Shown here piece after piece: positions 41,179 through 55,417 of a DNA stretch of 64,000 bases. Numbering within the stretch: the first letter of the stretch is position 1; each line of letters opens with the position of its first letter. The notes under the pieces are model-generated. The model was given only the letters and a program-made list of their open reading frames with translations. It did not search any database and was not told the origin of the DNA. Position numbers and translations under genes: made by a program. Origin of the DNA: the human T2T-CHM13v2.0 reference genome, Homo sapiens. Location of the stretch: assembly GCF_009914755.1 (NCBI RefSeq), contig NC_060948.1, one strand, 5' to 3'.

Positions 41179-44100
41179 GGCCTGGAATAAAGTGGAATGC
41201 TACGGTCTCGAATGGAATAAAAATGTATGGAATCGAATGCAATGAAACGGAATCGAATGTCATAGAATGTAATGGAATGCAAAAAAATGGAATCCAAAAT
41301 CATTGACTGGAAAGGCTGGGTGTCGAAAGGAATTGACTCCAATGGAATGGAATCGAATGGAATGGAAGTGAATAGAATCGAACTAAATCGAATGGAATGG
41401 AATTGATAGGAACGGAATGGAAAGGAATGCAATGATTTGGCATGGAATGGAATCGAATGGCATCGAATGGAATGGAATGGAATGCAATGGAATGGAATGT
41501 ATTAGAATGTAATGAACTTTAATGGAATGTACTCGAATGGATTCGACTGGAATGGAATGTTCTGGAAGTGAATGGACTCCAATGGAATGGATTCAAAAGG
41601 AATGGAATCGTACGGAATGGAATCTAATGGAATGGAATTAAATGGAAATGAATCAAATTGAATAGCACGGAATTGAATTGAATGGAATGGAATGCAATGG
41701 AATCTAATGAAACGGAAAGGAAAGGAATGGAATGGAATGGAAAGGGCTGGAATGGAAAGGAATCGAAACGAATGGAATGGAATCGAACTGAAGAGACTGG
41801 AATGGAATGCACTGGAATGGAAGGGAGTGTAATGGAAGGTTCTCGAAAAAAATGGAATCGAATGGAATGGAATTGAATGGAACGGAATAGAGTCGAATGG
41901 AATTGAATGGAATGGAATGGACTAGAGTGAAATGGAATCGAACCACAAGGAATGGACAGGAATAGAATGGTCTCGAATTGAATGGAATCGTATGGAATGG
42001 CATCAAACGGAATGGAATGGACAGCCACGGAATGGAATGCACTCGAATGCAATGGAGTCGAAACTAATGGACTGGAATAGAATGGACTCGACTGGTACGG
42101 ACTCCAATGGAATGGAATCGAATGGAAGGGAATCGAACGGAATGGACTCGAAGGGAAAAGACTGCAATGGAAAGGTCTCGAATGGAATGGAAATTAATGG
42201 AATGGAATGGAATCGAATGAAATGGAGTCAAAAGGAATGGAATCGAATGGCAAGAAATCGAATGTAATGGAATCGCAAGGAATTGATGTGAACGGAACGG
42301 AATGGAATGGAATCCAAAGGAATGGAATAGAATGGAATGGAATCGAATGGAAAGGACTCGAATGGAAATCACTCGAATAGAATGCAATTTAATAAAATAG
42401 GATCAAATGTAATGGAATGGAATGGAAAGGAATCGAAACGAAAGGAATGGAGACAGATGGAATGGAATGGAACAGAGAGCAATGGTATAGAATGGAATGG
42501 AATCATCTGGAATGGAATTGAATGGAATGGAATAATATGAAATGGAATGGAATGGAATGGAATGGAATGGAATGGAATGCCCTTGAATTAAATGGACTGG
42601 AATGGAATGGACTCGAACAGAGTGGAATGGAAAGTGTTGAGATAGAATGCAATGGACTCCTTCGGAATGGTCTAGTATGCAATGCAATCGACTGGCAGGG
42701 AATCAAAAGGAATGTAATCGAATGGATTGGACTGGAATGCAGTGGACTCGAATAGATTGGAAACGGAATGCAAAGGAATGGAATGGAATAGTATGGAATG
42801 GAATGGAAAGGAATGGAGTGGAATAGACTAGAGTGGAATGGAATGGACTGGAAAGCAATGGACTGGAATGGAACTTTCTTGAATGGACTGGAATCAAACG
42901 GAATGGAATGCAATGCAATCAAATGGCATGGAATAAAATAGAATGAAAGAGAATCAAATGGAATTGAATCGAATGGAATCGAATGGATTGGAAAGGAATA
43001 GAATGGAATGGAATGGAATTGACTCAAATGGAATGGACTAGAATGGAATGGATTCGAATGGAAGGCAAAGGAATGGAATCTATTGGAATGGACTGTAATG
43101 GAATGGAATGGAAGGGATTGGAATGGACTCGAATGGAATGGACTGCAATAGAAAGGATTCGAATGGAATGAAAAAGAATTGAATGGAATAGAACAGAATG
43201 GAATCAAATCGAATGAAATGGAATGGAATAGAAAGGAATGGAATGAAATGGAATGGAAAGGATTCGAATGGAATGCAATCGAATGGAATGGAATCGAACG
43301 GAATGGAATAAAATGGAAGAAAACTGGCAAGAAATGGAATGGAAATGAATGGAGTGTTATGGAACGGACTCAAAAGGAATTGAATGTAATAGAATGGAGT
43401 GGAGTGGACTCGAATATAATGGACTGGAATGGAATGAAATCACATGGAATGGGAACGAATGGAATGGAATGGAAAGGAATGGAATCGAATGGAAAGGAAT
43501 CGAATGGAAGGGAATGAAATTGAATCAACAGGAATGGAAGGGAATAGAATAGACGGTAATGGAATGGACTCGAATAGAATGGACACGAATGCTCAAATTG
43601 AATGGACTCCAATGGAATGGAAACGAAAGGAATGTCATCGAATAGAATTGAATCGATTGGAATGAAATCGCAAGAATGGAGTGGAATCAAATGGAATTGA
43701 ATCGAAAGGAAAGGAAGCGAATGGACTGAAATGAAATGGAATGGAATTGAATGGAAAGTAATGCAATGGAATAGAATGGAACGAAATTTCACGGAATGGA
43801 ATCAAACTGAAAGGAATCAAATCAATGGAATCTAATCAAATGGAATGGAAGGGAATTGAATGGAGTAGATTGGATTGGATGGGATTGGAGTGAAATGTAC
43901 TGGAAAGGACTCGAATTTCATGAAACGGAATGGAATGAATTGGAACGGAATGGACTCGAATGGAATGGAATGTCATGGAATGGCATCAAATGGAATGGCA
44001 TCAAATGGAATGGAATCGAATGCAATGGAATGCTATGGAATGGAATGGAATGCATTGGAATGGAATGTCCTCTAATGGAATGGATTCGAGTGGAATGGAA

Positions 44101-44751
44101 TCGAATATAATGGAGTCGAATGAAATGGAATTGAAAGGAGTGGGATCGAATACAATGGAATATGCTGGAATGTAATGTAATGAACTCGAATGTAATTGAC
44201 TGGAATGGAATGTACATGAATGGAATGTAATCGAATGGAAAGTAATCCAATGGAATAGAATCTAATGCAATAAAATCGACTCAGATAGAGTAGAATGTAA
44301 TGGAATGGAGTGCAGTACAATGGAATGGAATGGAATGCAATGGAATGGAATGGAATGGAATGGAATGGAATGGAATGGGATGGAATGGGATGGAATGGTA
44401 TGGAATGGATAGTAATGGACTGGAGTGAAATGGACTGGAAAGGAATGGACTCAAATTGAAAGGGCTCGAAAGGAATGGAGTCAAATGGAATGGTCTGGAA
44501 TGGAATGAACACGAATGTAATGCAATCCAATAGAATGGAATCGAATGGCATGGAATATAAAGAAATGGAATCGAAGAGAATGGAAACAAATGGAATGGAA
44601 TTGAATGGAATGGAATTGAATGGAATGCGAACGAATGGAGTGAAATTGTATGCAGTAGAAGGGAATAGAATGGAATGCAAGCGAAAGGAAAGGAATGGAT
44701 TGGAATGGAATGGAATTCATTGGAATGGAAGGGAATGTAGTGTAGTGGACA
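41179..44751 (+). repeat. DYZ1 unit, 3573 bp (B-like mosaic)
   Basis: GGCC at 41179 and 44752. Confidence 0.9.
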
Positions 44752-47700
44752 GGCCTGGAATAAAGTGGAATGCTACGGTCTCGAATGGAATAAAAATGTA
44801 TGGAATGGAATGCAATGAAACGGAATCGAATGTCATAGAATGTAATGGAATGCAAAAAAATGGAATCCAAAATCATTGACTGGAAAGGCTGGGTGTCGAA
44901 AGGAATTGACTCCAATGGAATGGAATCGAATGGAATGGAAGTGAATAGAATCGAACTAAATCGAATGGAATGGAATTGATAGGAACGGAATGGAAAGGAA
45001 TGCAATGAATTGGCATGGAATGGAATCGAATGGCATCGAATGGAATGGAATGGAATGCAATGGAATGGAATGTATTAGAATGTAATGAACTTTAATGGAA
45101 TGTACTCGAATGGATTCGACTGGAATGGAATGTTCTGGAAGTGAATGGACTCCAATGGAATGGATTCAAAAGGAATGGAATCGTACGGAATGGAATCTAA
45201 TGGAATGGAATTAAATGGAAATGAATCAAATTGAATAGCACGGAATTGAATTGAATGGAATGGAATGCAATGGAATCTAATGAAACGGAAAGGAAAGGAA
45301 TGGAATGGAATGGAATGGGCTGGAATGGAAAGGAATCGAAACGAATGGAATGGAATCGAACTGAAGAGACTGGAATGGAATGCACTGGAATGGAAGAGAG
45401 TGTAATGGAAGGTTCTCGAAAAAAATGGAATCGAATGGAATGGAATTGAATGGAACGGAATAGAGTCGAATGGAATTGAATGGAATGGAATGGACTAGAG
45501 TGAAATGGAATCGAACCACAAGGAATGGACAGGAATAGAATGGTCTCGAATTGAATGGAATCGTATGGAATGGCATCAAACGGAATGGAATGGACAGCCA
45601 CGGAATGGAATGCACTCGAATGCAATGGAGTCGAAACTAATGGACTGGAATAGAATGGACTCGACTGGTACGGACTCCAATGGAATGGAATCGAATGGAA
45701 GGGAATCGAACGGAATGGACTCGAAGGGAAAAGACTGCAATGGAAAGGTCTCGAATGGAATGGAAATTAATGGAATGGAATGGAATCGAATGAAATGGAG
45801 TCAAAAGGAATGGAATCGAATGGCAAGAAATCGAATGTAATGGAATCGCAAGGAATTGATGTGAGCGGAACGGAATGGAATGGAATCCAAAGGAATGGAA
45901 TAGAATGGAATGGAATCGAATGGAAAGGACTTGAATGGAAATCACTCGAATAGAATGCAATTTAATAAAATAGGATCAAATGTAATGGAATGGAATGGAA
46001 AGGAATCGAAACGAAAGGAATGGAGACAAATGGAATGGAATGGAACAGAGAGCAATGGTATAGAATGGAATGGAATCATCTGGAATGGAATTGAATGGAA
46101 TGGAATAATATGAAATGGAATGGAATGGAATGGAATGGAATGCCCTTGAATTAAATGGACTGGAATGGAATGGACTCGAACAGAGTGGAATGGAAAGTGT
46201 TGAGATAGAATGGAATGGACTCCTTTGGAATGGTGTAGTATGCAATGCAATCGACTGGCAGGGAATCAAAAGGAATGTAATGGAAGGGATTGGACTGGAA
46301 TGCAATGGACTCGAATAGATTGGAAACGGAATGCAAAGGAATGGAATGGAATAGTATGGAATGGAATGGAAAGGAATGGAGTGGAATAGACTAGAGTGGA
46401 ATGGAATGGACTGGAAAGCAATGGACTGGAATGGAACTTTCTTGAATGGACTGGAATCAAACGGAATGGAATGCAATGCAATCAAATGGCATGGAATAAA
46501 ATAGAATGAAAGAGAATCAAATGGAATTGAATCGAATGGAATCGAATGGATTGGAAAGGAATAGAATGGAATGGAATGGAATTGACTCAAATGGAATGGA
46601 CTAGAATGGAATGGATTCGAATGGAAGGCAAAGGAATGGAATCTATTGGAATGGACTGTAATGGAATGGAATGGAAGGGATTGGAATGGACTCGAATGGA
46701 ATGGACTGCAATAGAAAGGATTCGAATGGAATGAAAAAGAATTGAATGGAATAGAACAGAATGGAATCAAATCGAATGAAATGGAATGGAATAGAAAGGA
46801 ATGGAATGAAATGGAATGGAAAGGATTCGAATGGAATGCAATCGAATGGAATGGAATCGAACGGAATGGAATAAAATGGAAGAAAACTGGCAAGAAATGG
46901 AATCGAAATGAATGGAGTGTTATGGAACGGACTCAAAAGGAATTGAATGTAATAGAATGGAGTGGAGTGGACTCGAATATAATGGACTGGAATGGAATGA
47001 AATCACATGGAATGGGAACGAATGGAATGGAATGGAAAGGAATGGAATCGAATGGAAAGGAATCGAATGGAAGGGAATGAAATTGAATCAACAGGAATGG
47101 AAGGGAATAGAATAGACGGTAATGGAATGGACTCGAATAGAATGGACACGAATGCTCAAATTGAATGGACTCCAATGGAATGGAAACGAAAGGAATGTCA
47201 TCGAATAGAATTGAATCGACTGGAATGAAATCGCAAGAATGGAGTGGAATCAAATGGAATTGAATCGAAAGGAAAGGAAGCGAATGGACTGAAATGAAAT
47301 GGAATGGAATTGAATGGAAAGTAATGCAATGGAATAGAATGGAACGAAATTTCACGGAATGGAATCAAACTGAAAGGAATCAAATCAATGGAATCTAATC
47401 AAATGGAATGGAAGGGAATTGAATGGAGTAGATTGGATTGGATGGGATTGGAGTGAAATGTACTGGAAAGGACTCGAATTTCATGAAACGGAATGGAATG
47501 AATTGGAACGGAATGGACTCGAATGGAATGGAATGTCATGGAATGGCATCAAATGGAATGGCATCAAATGGAATGGAATCGAATGCAATGGAATGCTATG
47601 GAATGGAATGGAATGCATTGGAATGGAATGTCCTCTAATGGAATGGATTCGAGTGGAATGGAATCGAATATAATGGAGTCGAATGAAATGGAATTGAAAG

Positions 47701-48314
47701 GAATGGGATCGAATACAATGGAATATGCTGGAATGTAATGTAATGAACTCGAATGTAATTGACTGGAATGGAATGTACATGAATGGAATGTAATCGAATG
47801 GAAAGTAATCCAATGGAATAGAATCTAATGCAATAAAATCGACTCAGATAGAGTAGAATGTAATGGAATGGAGTGCAGTACAATGGAATGGAATGGAATG
47901 CAATGGAATGGAATGGAATGGAATGGAATGGAATGGAATGGGATGGAATGGGATGGAATGGTATGGAGTGGATAGTAATGGACTGGAGTGAAATGGACTG
48001 GAAAGGAATGGACTCAAATTGAAAGGGCTCGAAAGGAATGGAGTCAAATGGAATGGTCTGGAATGGAATGAACACGAATGTAATGCAATCCAATAGAATG
48101 GAATCGAATGGCATGGAATATAAAGAAATGGAATCGAAGAGAATGGAAACAAATGGAATGGAATTGAATGGAATGGAATTGAATGGAATGGGAACGAATG
48201 GAGTGAAATTGTATGCAGTAGAAGGGAATAGAATGGAATGCAAGCGAAAGGAAAGGAATGGATTGGAATGGAATGGAATTCATTGGAATGGAAGGGAATG
48301 TAGTGTAATGGACA
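44752..48314 (+). repeat. DYZ1 unit, 3563 bp (variant set B)
   Basis: GGCC at 44752 and 48315. Confidence 0.9.
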
Positions 48315-51300
48315 GGCCTGGAATAAAGTGGAATGCTACGGTCTCGAATGGAATAAAAATGTATGGAATGGAATGCAATGAAACGGAATCGAATGTCATA
48401 GAATGTAATGGAATGCAAAAAAATGGAATCCAAAATCATTGACTGGAAAGGCTGGGTGTCGAAAGGAATTGACTCCAATGATATGGAATCGAATGGAATG
48501 GAAGTGAATAGAATCGAACTAAATCGAATGGAATGGAATTGATAGGAACGGAATGGAAAGGAATGCAATGAATTGGCATGGAATGGAATCGAATGGCATC
48601 GAATGGAATGGAATGGAATGCAATGGAATGGAATGTATTAGAATGTAATGAACTTTAATGGAATGTACTCGAATGGATTCGACTGGAATGGAATGTTCTG
48701 GAAGTGAATGGACTCCAATGGAATGGATTCAAAAGGAATGGAATCGTACGGAATGGAATCTAATGGAATGGAATTAAATGGAAATGAATCAAATTGAATA
48801 GCACGGAATTGAATTGAATGGAATGGAATGCAATGGAATCTAATGAAACGGAAAGGAAAGGAATGGAATGGAATGGAAAGGGCTGGAATGGAAAGGAATC
48901 GAAACGAATGGAATGGAATCGAACTGAAGAGACTGGAATGGAATGCACTGGAATGGAAGGGAGTGTAATGGAAGGTTCTCGAAAAAAATGGAATCGAATG
49001 GAATGGAATTGAATGGAACGGAATAGAGTCGAATGGAATTGAATGGAATGGAATGGACTAGAGTGAAATGGAATCGAACCACAAGGAATGGACAGGAATA
49101 GAATGGTCTCGAATTGAATGGAATCGTATGGAATGGCATCAAACGGAATGGAATGGACAGCCACGGAATGGAATGCACTCGAATGCAATGGAGTCGAAAC
49201 TAATGGACTGGAATAGAATGGACTCGACTGGTACGGACTCCAATGGAATGGAATCGAATGGAAGGGAATCGAACGGAATGGACTCGAAGGGAAAAGACTG
49301 CAATGGAAAGGTCTCGAATGGAATGGAAATTAATGGAATGGAATGGAATCGAATGAAATGGAGTCAAAAGGAATGGAATCGAATGGCAAGAAATCGAATG
49401 TAATGGAATCGCAAGGAATTGATGTGAATGGAGCGGAATGGAATGGAATCCAAAGGAATGGAATCGAATGGAAAGGACTCGAATGGAAATCACTCGAATA
49501 GAATGCAATTTAATAAAATAGGATCAAATGTAATGGAATGGAATGGAAAGGAATCGAAACGAAAGGAATGGAGACAGATGGAATGGAATGGAACAGAGAG
49601 CAATGGTATAGAATGGAATGGAATCATCTGGAATGGAATTGAATGGAATGGAATAATATGAAATGGAATGGAATGGAATGGAATGGAATGCCCTTGAATT
49701 AAATGGACTGGAATGGAATGGACTCGAACAGAGTGGAATGGAAAGTGTTGAGATAGAATGGAATGGACTCCTTTGGAATGGTGTAGTATGCAATGCAATC
49801 GACTGGCAGGGAATCAAAAGGAATGTAATGGAATGGATTGGACTGGAATGCAATGGACTCGAATAGATTGGAAACGGAATGCAAAGGAATGGAATGGAAT
49901 AGTATGGAATGGAATGGAAAGGAATGGAGTGGAATAGACTAGAGTGGAATGGAATGGACTGGAAAACAATGGACTGGAATGGAACTTTCTTGAATGGACT
50001 GGAATCAAACGGAATGGAATGCAATGCAATCAAATGGCATGGAATAAAATAGAATGAAAGAGAATCAAATGGAATTGAATCGAATGGAATCGAATGGATT
50101 GGAAAGGAATAGAATGGAATGGAATGGAATTGACTCGAATGGAATGGACTAGAATGGAATGGATTCGAATGGAAGGCAAAGGAATGGAATCTATTGGAAT
50201 GGACTGTAATGGAATGGAATGGAAAGGATTGGAATGGACTCGAATGGAATGGACTGCAATAGAAAGGATTCGAATGGAATGAAAAAGAATTGAATGGAAT
50301 AGAACAGAATGGAATCAAATCGAATGAAATGGAATGGAATAGAAAGGAATGGAATGAAATGGAATGGAAAGGATTCGAATGGAATGCAATCGAATGGAAT
50401 GGAATCGAACGGAATGGAATAAAATGGAAGAAAACTGGCAAGAAATGGAATCGAAATGAATGGAGTGTTATGGAACGGACTCAAAAGGAATTGAATGTAA
50501 TAGAATGGAGTGGAGTGGACTCGAATATAATGGAATGGAATGGAATGAAATCACAAGGAATGGGAACGAATGGAATGGAATGGAAAGGAATGGAATCGAA
50601 TGGAAAGGAATCGAATGGAAGGGAATGAAATTGAATCAACAGGAATGGAAGGGAATAGAATAGACGGTAATGGAATGGACTCGAATAGAATGGACACGAA
50701 TGCTCAAATTGAATGGACTCGAATGGAATGGAAACGAAAGGAATGTCATCGAATGGAATTGAATGGATTGGAATGAAATCGCATAGAATGGAGTGGAATC
50801 AAATGGAATTGAATCGAAAGGAAAGGAAGCGAATGGACTGAAATGAAATGGAATGGAATTGAATGGAAAGTAATGCAATGGAATAGAATGGAACGAAATT
50901 TCACGGAATGGAATCAAACTGAATGGAATCAAATCAATGGAATCAAATCAAATGGAATGGAAAGGAATTGAATGGAGTAGATTGGATTGGATGGGATTGG
51001 AATGAAATGTACTGGAAAGGACTCGAATTTCATGAAACGGAATGGAATGAATTGGAACGGAATGGACTCGAATGGAATGGAATGTCATGGAATGGCATCA
51101 AATGGAATGGCATCAAATGGAATGGAATCGAATGCAATGGAATGCTATGGAATGGAATGGAATGCATTGGAATGGAATGTCCTCTAATGGAATGGATTCG
51201 AGTGGAATGGAATCGAATATAATGGAGTCGAATGAAATGGAATTGAAAGGAGTGGGATCGAATACAATGGAATATACTGGAATGTAATGTAATGAACTCG

Positions 51301-51868
51301 AATGTAATTGACTGGAATGGAATGTACATGAATGGAATGTAATCGAATGGAAAGTAATCCAATGGAATAGAATCTAATGCAATAAAACCGACTCAGATAG
51401 AGTAGAATGTAATGGAATGGAGTGCAGTGCAATGGAATGGAATGGAATGGAAGGCAATGGAATGGAATGGAATGGAATGGAATGGAATGGAATGGAATGG
51501 AATGGGATGGAATGGGATGGAATGGATAGTAATGGACTGGAGTGAAATGGACTGGAAAGGAATGGACTCAAATTGAAAGGGCTCGAAAGGAATGGAGTCA
51601 AATGGAATGGTCTGGAATGGAATGAACACGAATGTAATGCAATCCAATAGAATGGAATCGAATGGCATGGAATATAAAGAAATGGAATCGAAGAGAATGG
51701 AAACAAATGGAATGGAATTGAATGGAATGGAATTGAATGGAATGGGAACGAATGGAGTGAAATTGTATGCAGTAGAAGGGAATAGAATGGAATGCAAGCG
51801 AAAGGAAAGGAATGGATTGGAATGGAATGGAATTCATTGGAATGGAAGGGAATGTAGTGTAATGGACA
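48315..51868 (+). repeat. DYZ1 unit, 3554 bp (variant set A)
   Basis: GGCC at 48315 and 51869. Confidence 0.9.
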
Positions 51869-54800
51869 GGCCTGGAATAAAGTGGAATGCTACGGTCTCG
51901 AATGGAATAAAAATGTATGGAATGGAATGCAATGAAACGGAATCGAATGTCATAGAATGTAATGGAATGCAAAAAAATGGAATCCAAAATCATTGACTGG
52001 AAAGGCTGGGTGTCGAAAGGAATTGACTCCAATGGAATGGAATCGAATGGAATGGAAGTGAATAGAATCGAACTAAATCGAATGGAATGGAATTGATAGG
52101 AACGGAATGGAAAGGAATGCAATGATTTGGCATGGAATGGAATCGAATGGCATCGAATGGAATGGAATGGAATGCAATGGAATGGAATGTATTAGAATGT
52201 AATGAACTTTAATGGAATGTACTCGAATGGATTCGACTGGAATGGAATGTTCTGGAAGTGAATGGACTCCAATGGAATGGATTCAAAAGGAATGGAATCG
52301 TACGGAATGGAATCTAATGGAATGGAATTAAATGGAAATGAATCAAATTGAATAGCACGGAATTGAATTGAATGGAATGGAATGCAATGGAATCTAATGA
52401 AACGGAAAGGAAAGGAATGGAATGGAATGGAAAGGGCTGGAATGGAAAGGAATCGAAACGAATGGAATGGAATCGAACTGAAGAGACTGGAATGGAATGC
52501 ACTGGAATGGAAGGGAGTGTAATGGAAGGTTCTCGAAAAAAATGGAATCGAATGGAATGGAATTGAATGGAACGGAATAGAGTCGAATGGAATTGAATGG
52601 AATGGAATGGACTAGAGTGAAATGGAATCGAACCACAAGGAATGGACAGGAATAGAATGGTCTCGAATTGAATGGAATCGTATGGAATGGCATCAAACGG
52701 AATGGAATGGACAGCCACGGAATGGAATGCACTCGAATGCAATGGAGTCGAAACTAATGGACTGGAATAGAATGGACTCGACTGGTACGGACTCCAATGG
52801 AATGGAATCGAATGGAAGGGAATCGAACGGAATGGACTCGAAGGGAAAAGACTGCAATGGAAAGGTCTCGAATGGAATGGAAATTAATGGAATGGAATGG
52901 AATCGAATGAAATGGAGTCAAAAGGAATGGAATCGAATGGCAAGAAATCGAATGTAATGGAATCGCAAGGAATTGATGTGAACGGAACGGAATGGAATGG
53001 AATCCAAAGGAATGGAATAGAATGGAATGGAATCGAATGGAAAGGACTCGAATGGAAATCACTCGAATAGAATGCAATTTAATAAAATAGGATCAAATGT
53101 AATGGAATGGAATGGAAAGGAATCGAAACGAAAGGAATGGAGACAGATGGAATGGAATGGAACAGAGAGCAATGGTATAGAATGGAATGGAATCATCTGG
53201 AATGGAATTGAATGGAATGGAATAATATGAAATGGAATGGAATGGAATGGAATGGAATGCCCTTGAATTAAATGGACTGGAATGGAATGGACTCGAACAG
53301 AGTGGAATGGAAAGTGTTGAGATAGAATGGAATGGACTCCTTTGGAATGGTGTAGTATGCAATGCAATCGACTGGCAGGGAATCAAAAGGAATGTAATGG
53401 AATGGATTGGACTGGAATGCAATGGACTCGAATAGATTGGAAACGGAATGCAAAGGAATGGAATGGAATAGTATGGAATGGAATGGAAAGGAATGGAGTG
53501 GAATAGACTAGAGTGGAATGGAATGGACTGGAAAGCAATGGACTGGAATGGAACTTTCTTGAATGGACTGGAATCAAACGGAATGGAATGCAATGCAATC
53601 AAATGGCATGGAATAAAATAGAATGAAAGAGAATCAAATGGAATTGAATCGAATGGAATCGAATGGATTGGAAAGGAATAGAATGGAATGGAATGGAATT
53701 GACTCAAATGGAATGGATTCGAATGGAAGGCAAAGGAATGGAATCTATTGGAATGGACTGTAATGGAATGGAATGGAAGGGATTGGAATGGACTCGAATG
53801 GAATGGACTGCAATAGAAAGGATTCGAGTGGAATGAAAAAGAATTGAATGGAATAGAACAGAATGGAATCAAATCGAATGAAATGGAATGGAATAGAAAG
53901 GAATGGAATGAAATGGAATGGAAAGGATTCGAATGGAATGCAATCGAATGGAATGGAATCGAACGGAATGGAATAAAATGGAAGAAAACTGGCAAGAAAT
54001 GGAATCGAAATGAATGGAGTGTTATGGAACGGACTCAAAAGGAATTGAATGTAATAGAATGGAGTGGAGTGGACTCGAATATAATGGACTGGAATGGAAT
54101 GAAATCACAAGGAATGGGAACGAATGGAATGGAATGGAAAGGAATGGAATCGAATGGAAAGGAATCGAATGGAAGGGAATGAAATTGAATCAACAGGAAT
54201 GGAAGGGAATAGAATAGACGGTAATGGAATGGACTCGAATAGAATGGACACGAATGCTCAAATTGAATGGACTCGAATGGAATGGAAACGAAAGGAATGT
54301 CATCGAATGGAATTGAATGGATTGGAATGAAATCGCATAGAATGGAGTGGAATCAAATGGAATTGAATCGAAAGGAAAGGAAGCGAATGGACTGAAATGA
54401 AATGGAATGGAATTGAATGGAAAGTAATGCAATGGAATAGAATGGAACGAAATTTCACGGAATGGAATCAAACTGAATGGAATCAAATCAATGGAATCAA
54501 ATCAAATGGAATGGAAAGGAATTGAATGGAGTAGATTGGATTGGATGGGATTGGAATGAAATGTACTGGAAAGGACTCGAATTTCATGAAACGGAATGGA
54601 ATGAATTGGAACGGAATGGACTCGAATGGAATGGAATGTCATGGAATGGCATCAAATGGAATGGCATCAAATGGAATGGAATCGAATGCAATGGAATGCT
54701 ATGGAATGGAATGGAATGCATTGGAATGGAATGTCCTCTAATGGAATGGATTCGAGTGGAATGGAATCGAATATAATGGAGTCGAATGAAATGGAATTGA

Positions 54801-55417
54801 AAGGAATGGGATCGAATACAATGGAATATACTGGAATGTAATGTAATGAACTCGAATGTAATTGACTGGAATGGAATGTACATGAATGGAATGTAATCGA
54901 ATGGAAAGTAATCCAATGGAATTGAATCTAAAGCAATAAAATCGACTCAGATAGAGTAGAATGTAATGGAATGGAGTGCAGTGCAATGGAATGGAATGGA
55001 ATGGAATGCAATGGAATGGAATGGAATGGAATGGAATGGAATGGGATGGAATGGGATGGAATGGTATGGAATGGATAGTAATGGACTGGAGTGAAATGGA
55101 CTGGAAAGGAATGGACTCAAATTGAAAGGGCTCGAAAGGAATGGAGTCAAATGGAATGGTCTGGAATGGAATGAACACGAATGTAATGCAATCCAATAGA
55201 ATGGAATCGAATGGCATGGAATATAAAGAAATGGAATCGAAGAGAATGGAAACAAATGGAATGGAATTGAATGGAATGGAATTGAATGGAATGGGAACGA
55301 ATGGAGTGAAATTGTATGCAGTAGAAGGGAATAGAATGGAATGCAAGCGAAAGGAAAGGAATGGATTGGAATGGAATGGAATTCATTGGAATGGAAGGGA
55401 ATGTAGTGTAATGGACA
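51869..55417 (+). repeat. DYZ1 unit, 3549 bp (partial-A mosaic)
   Basis: GGCC at 51869 and 55418. Confidence 0.9.
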
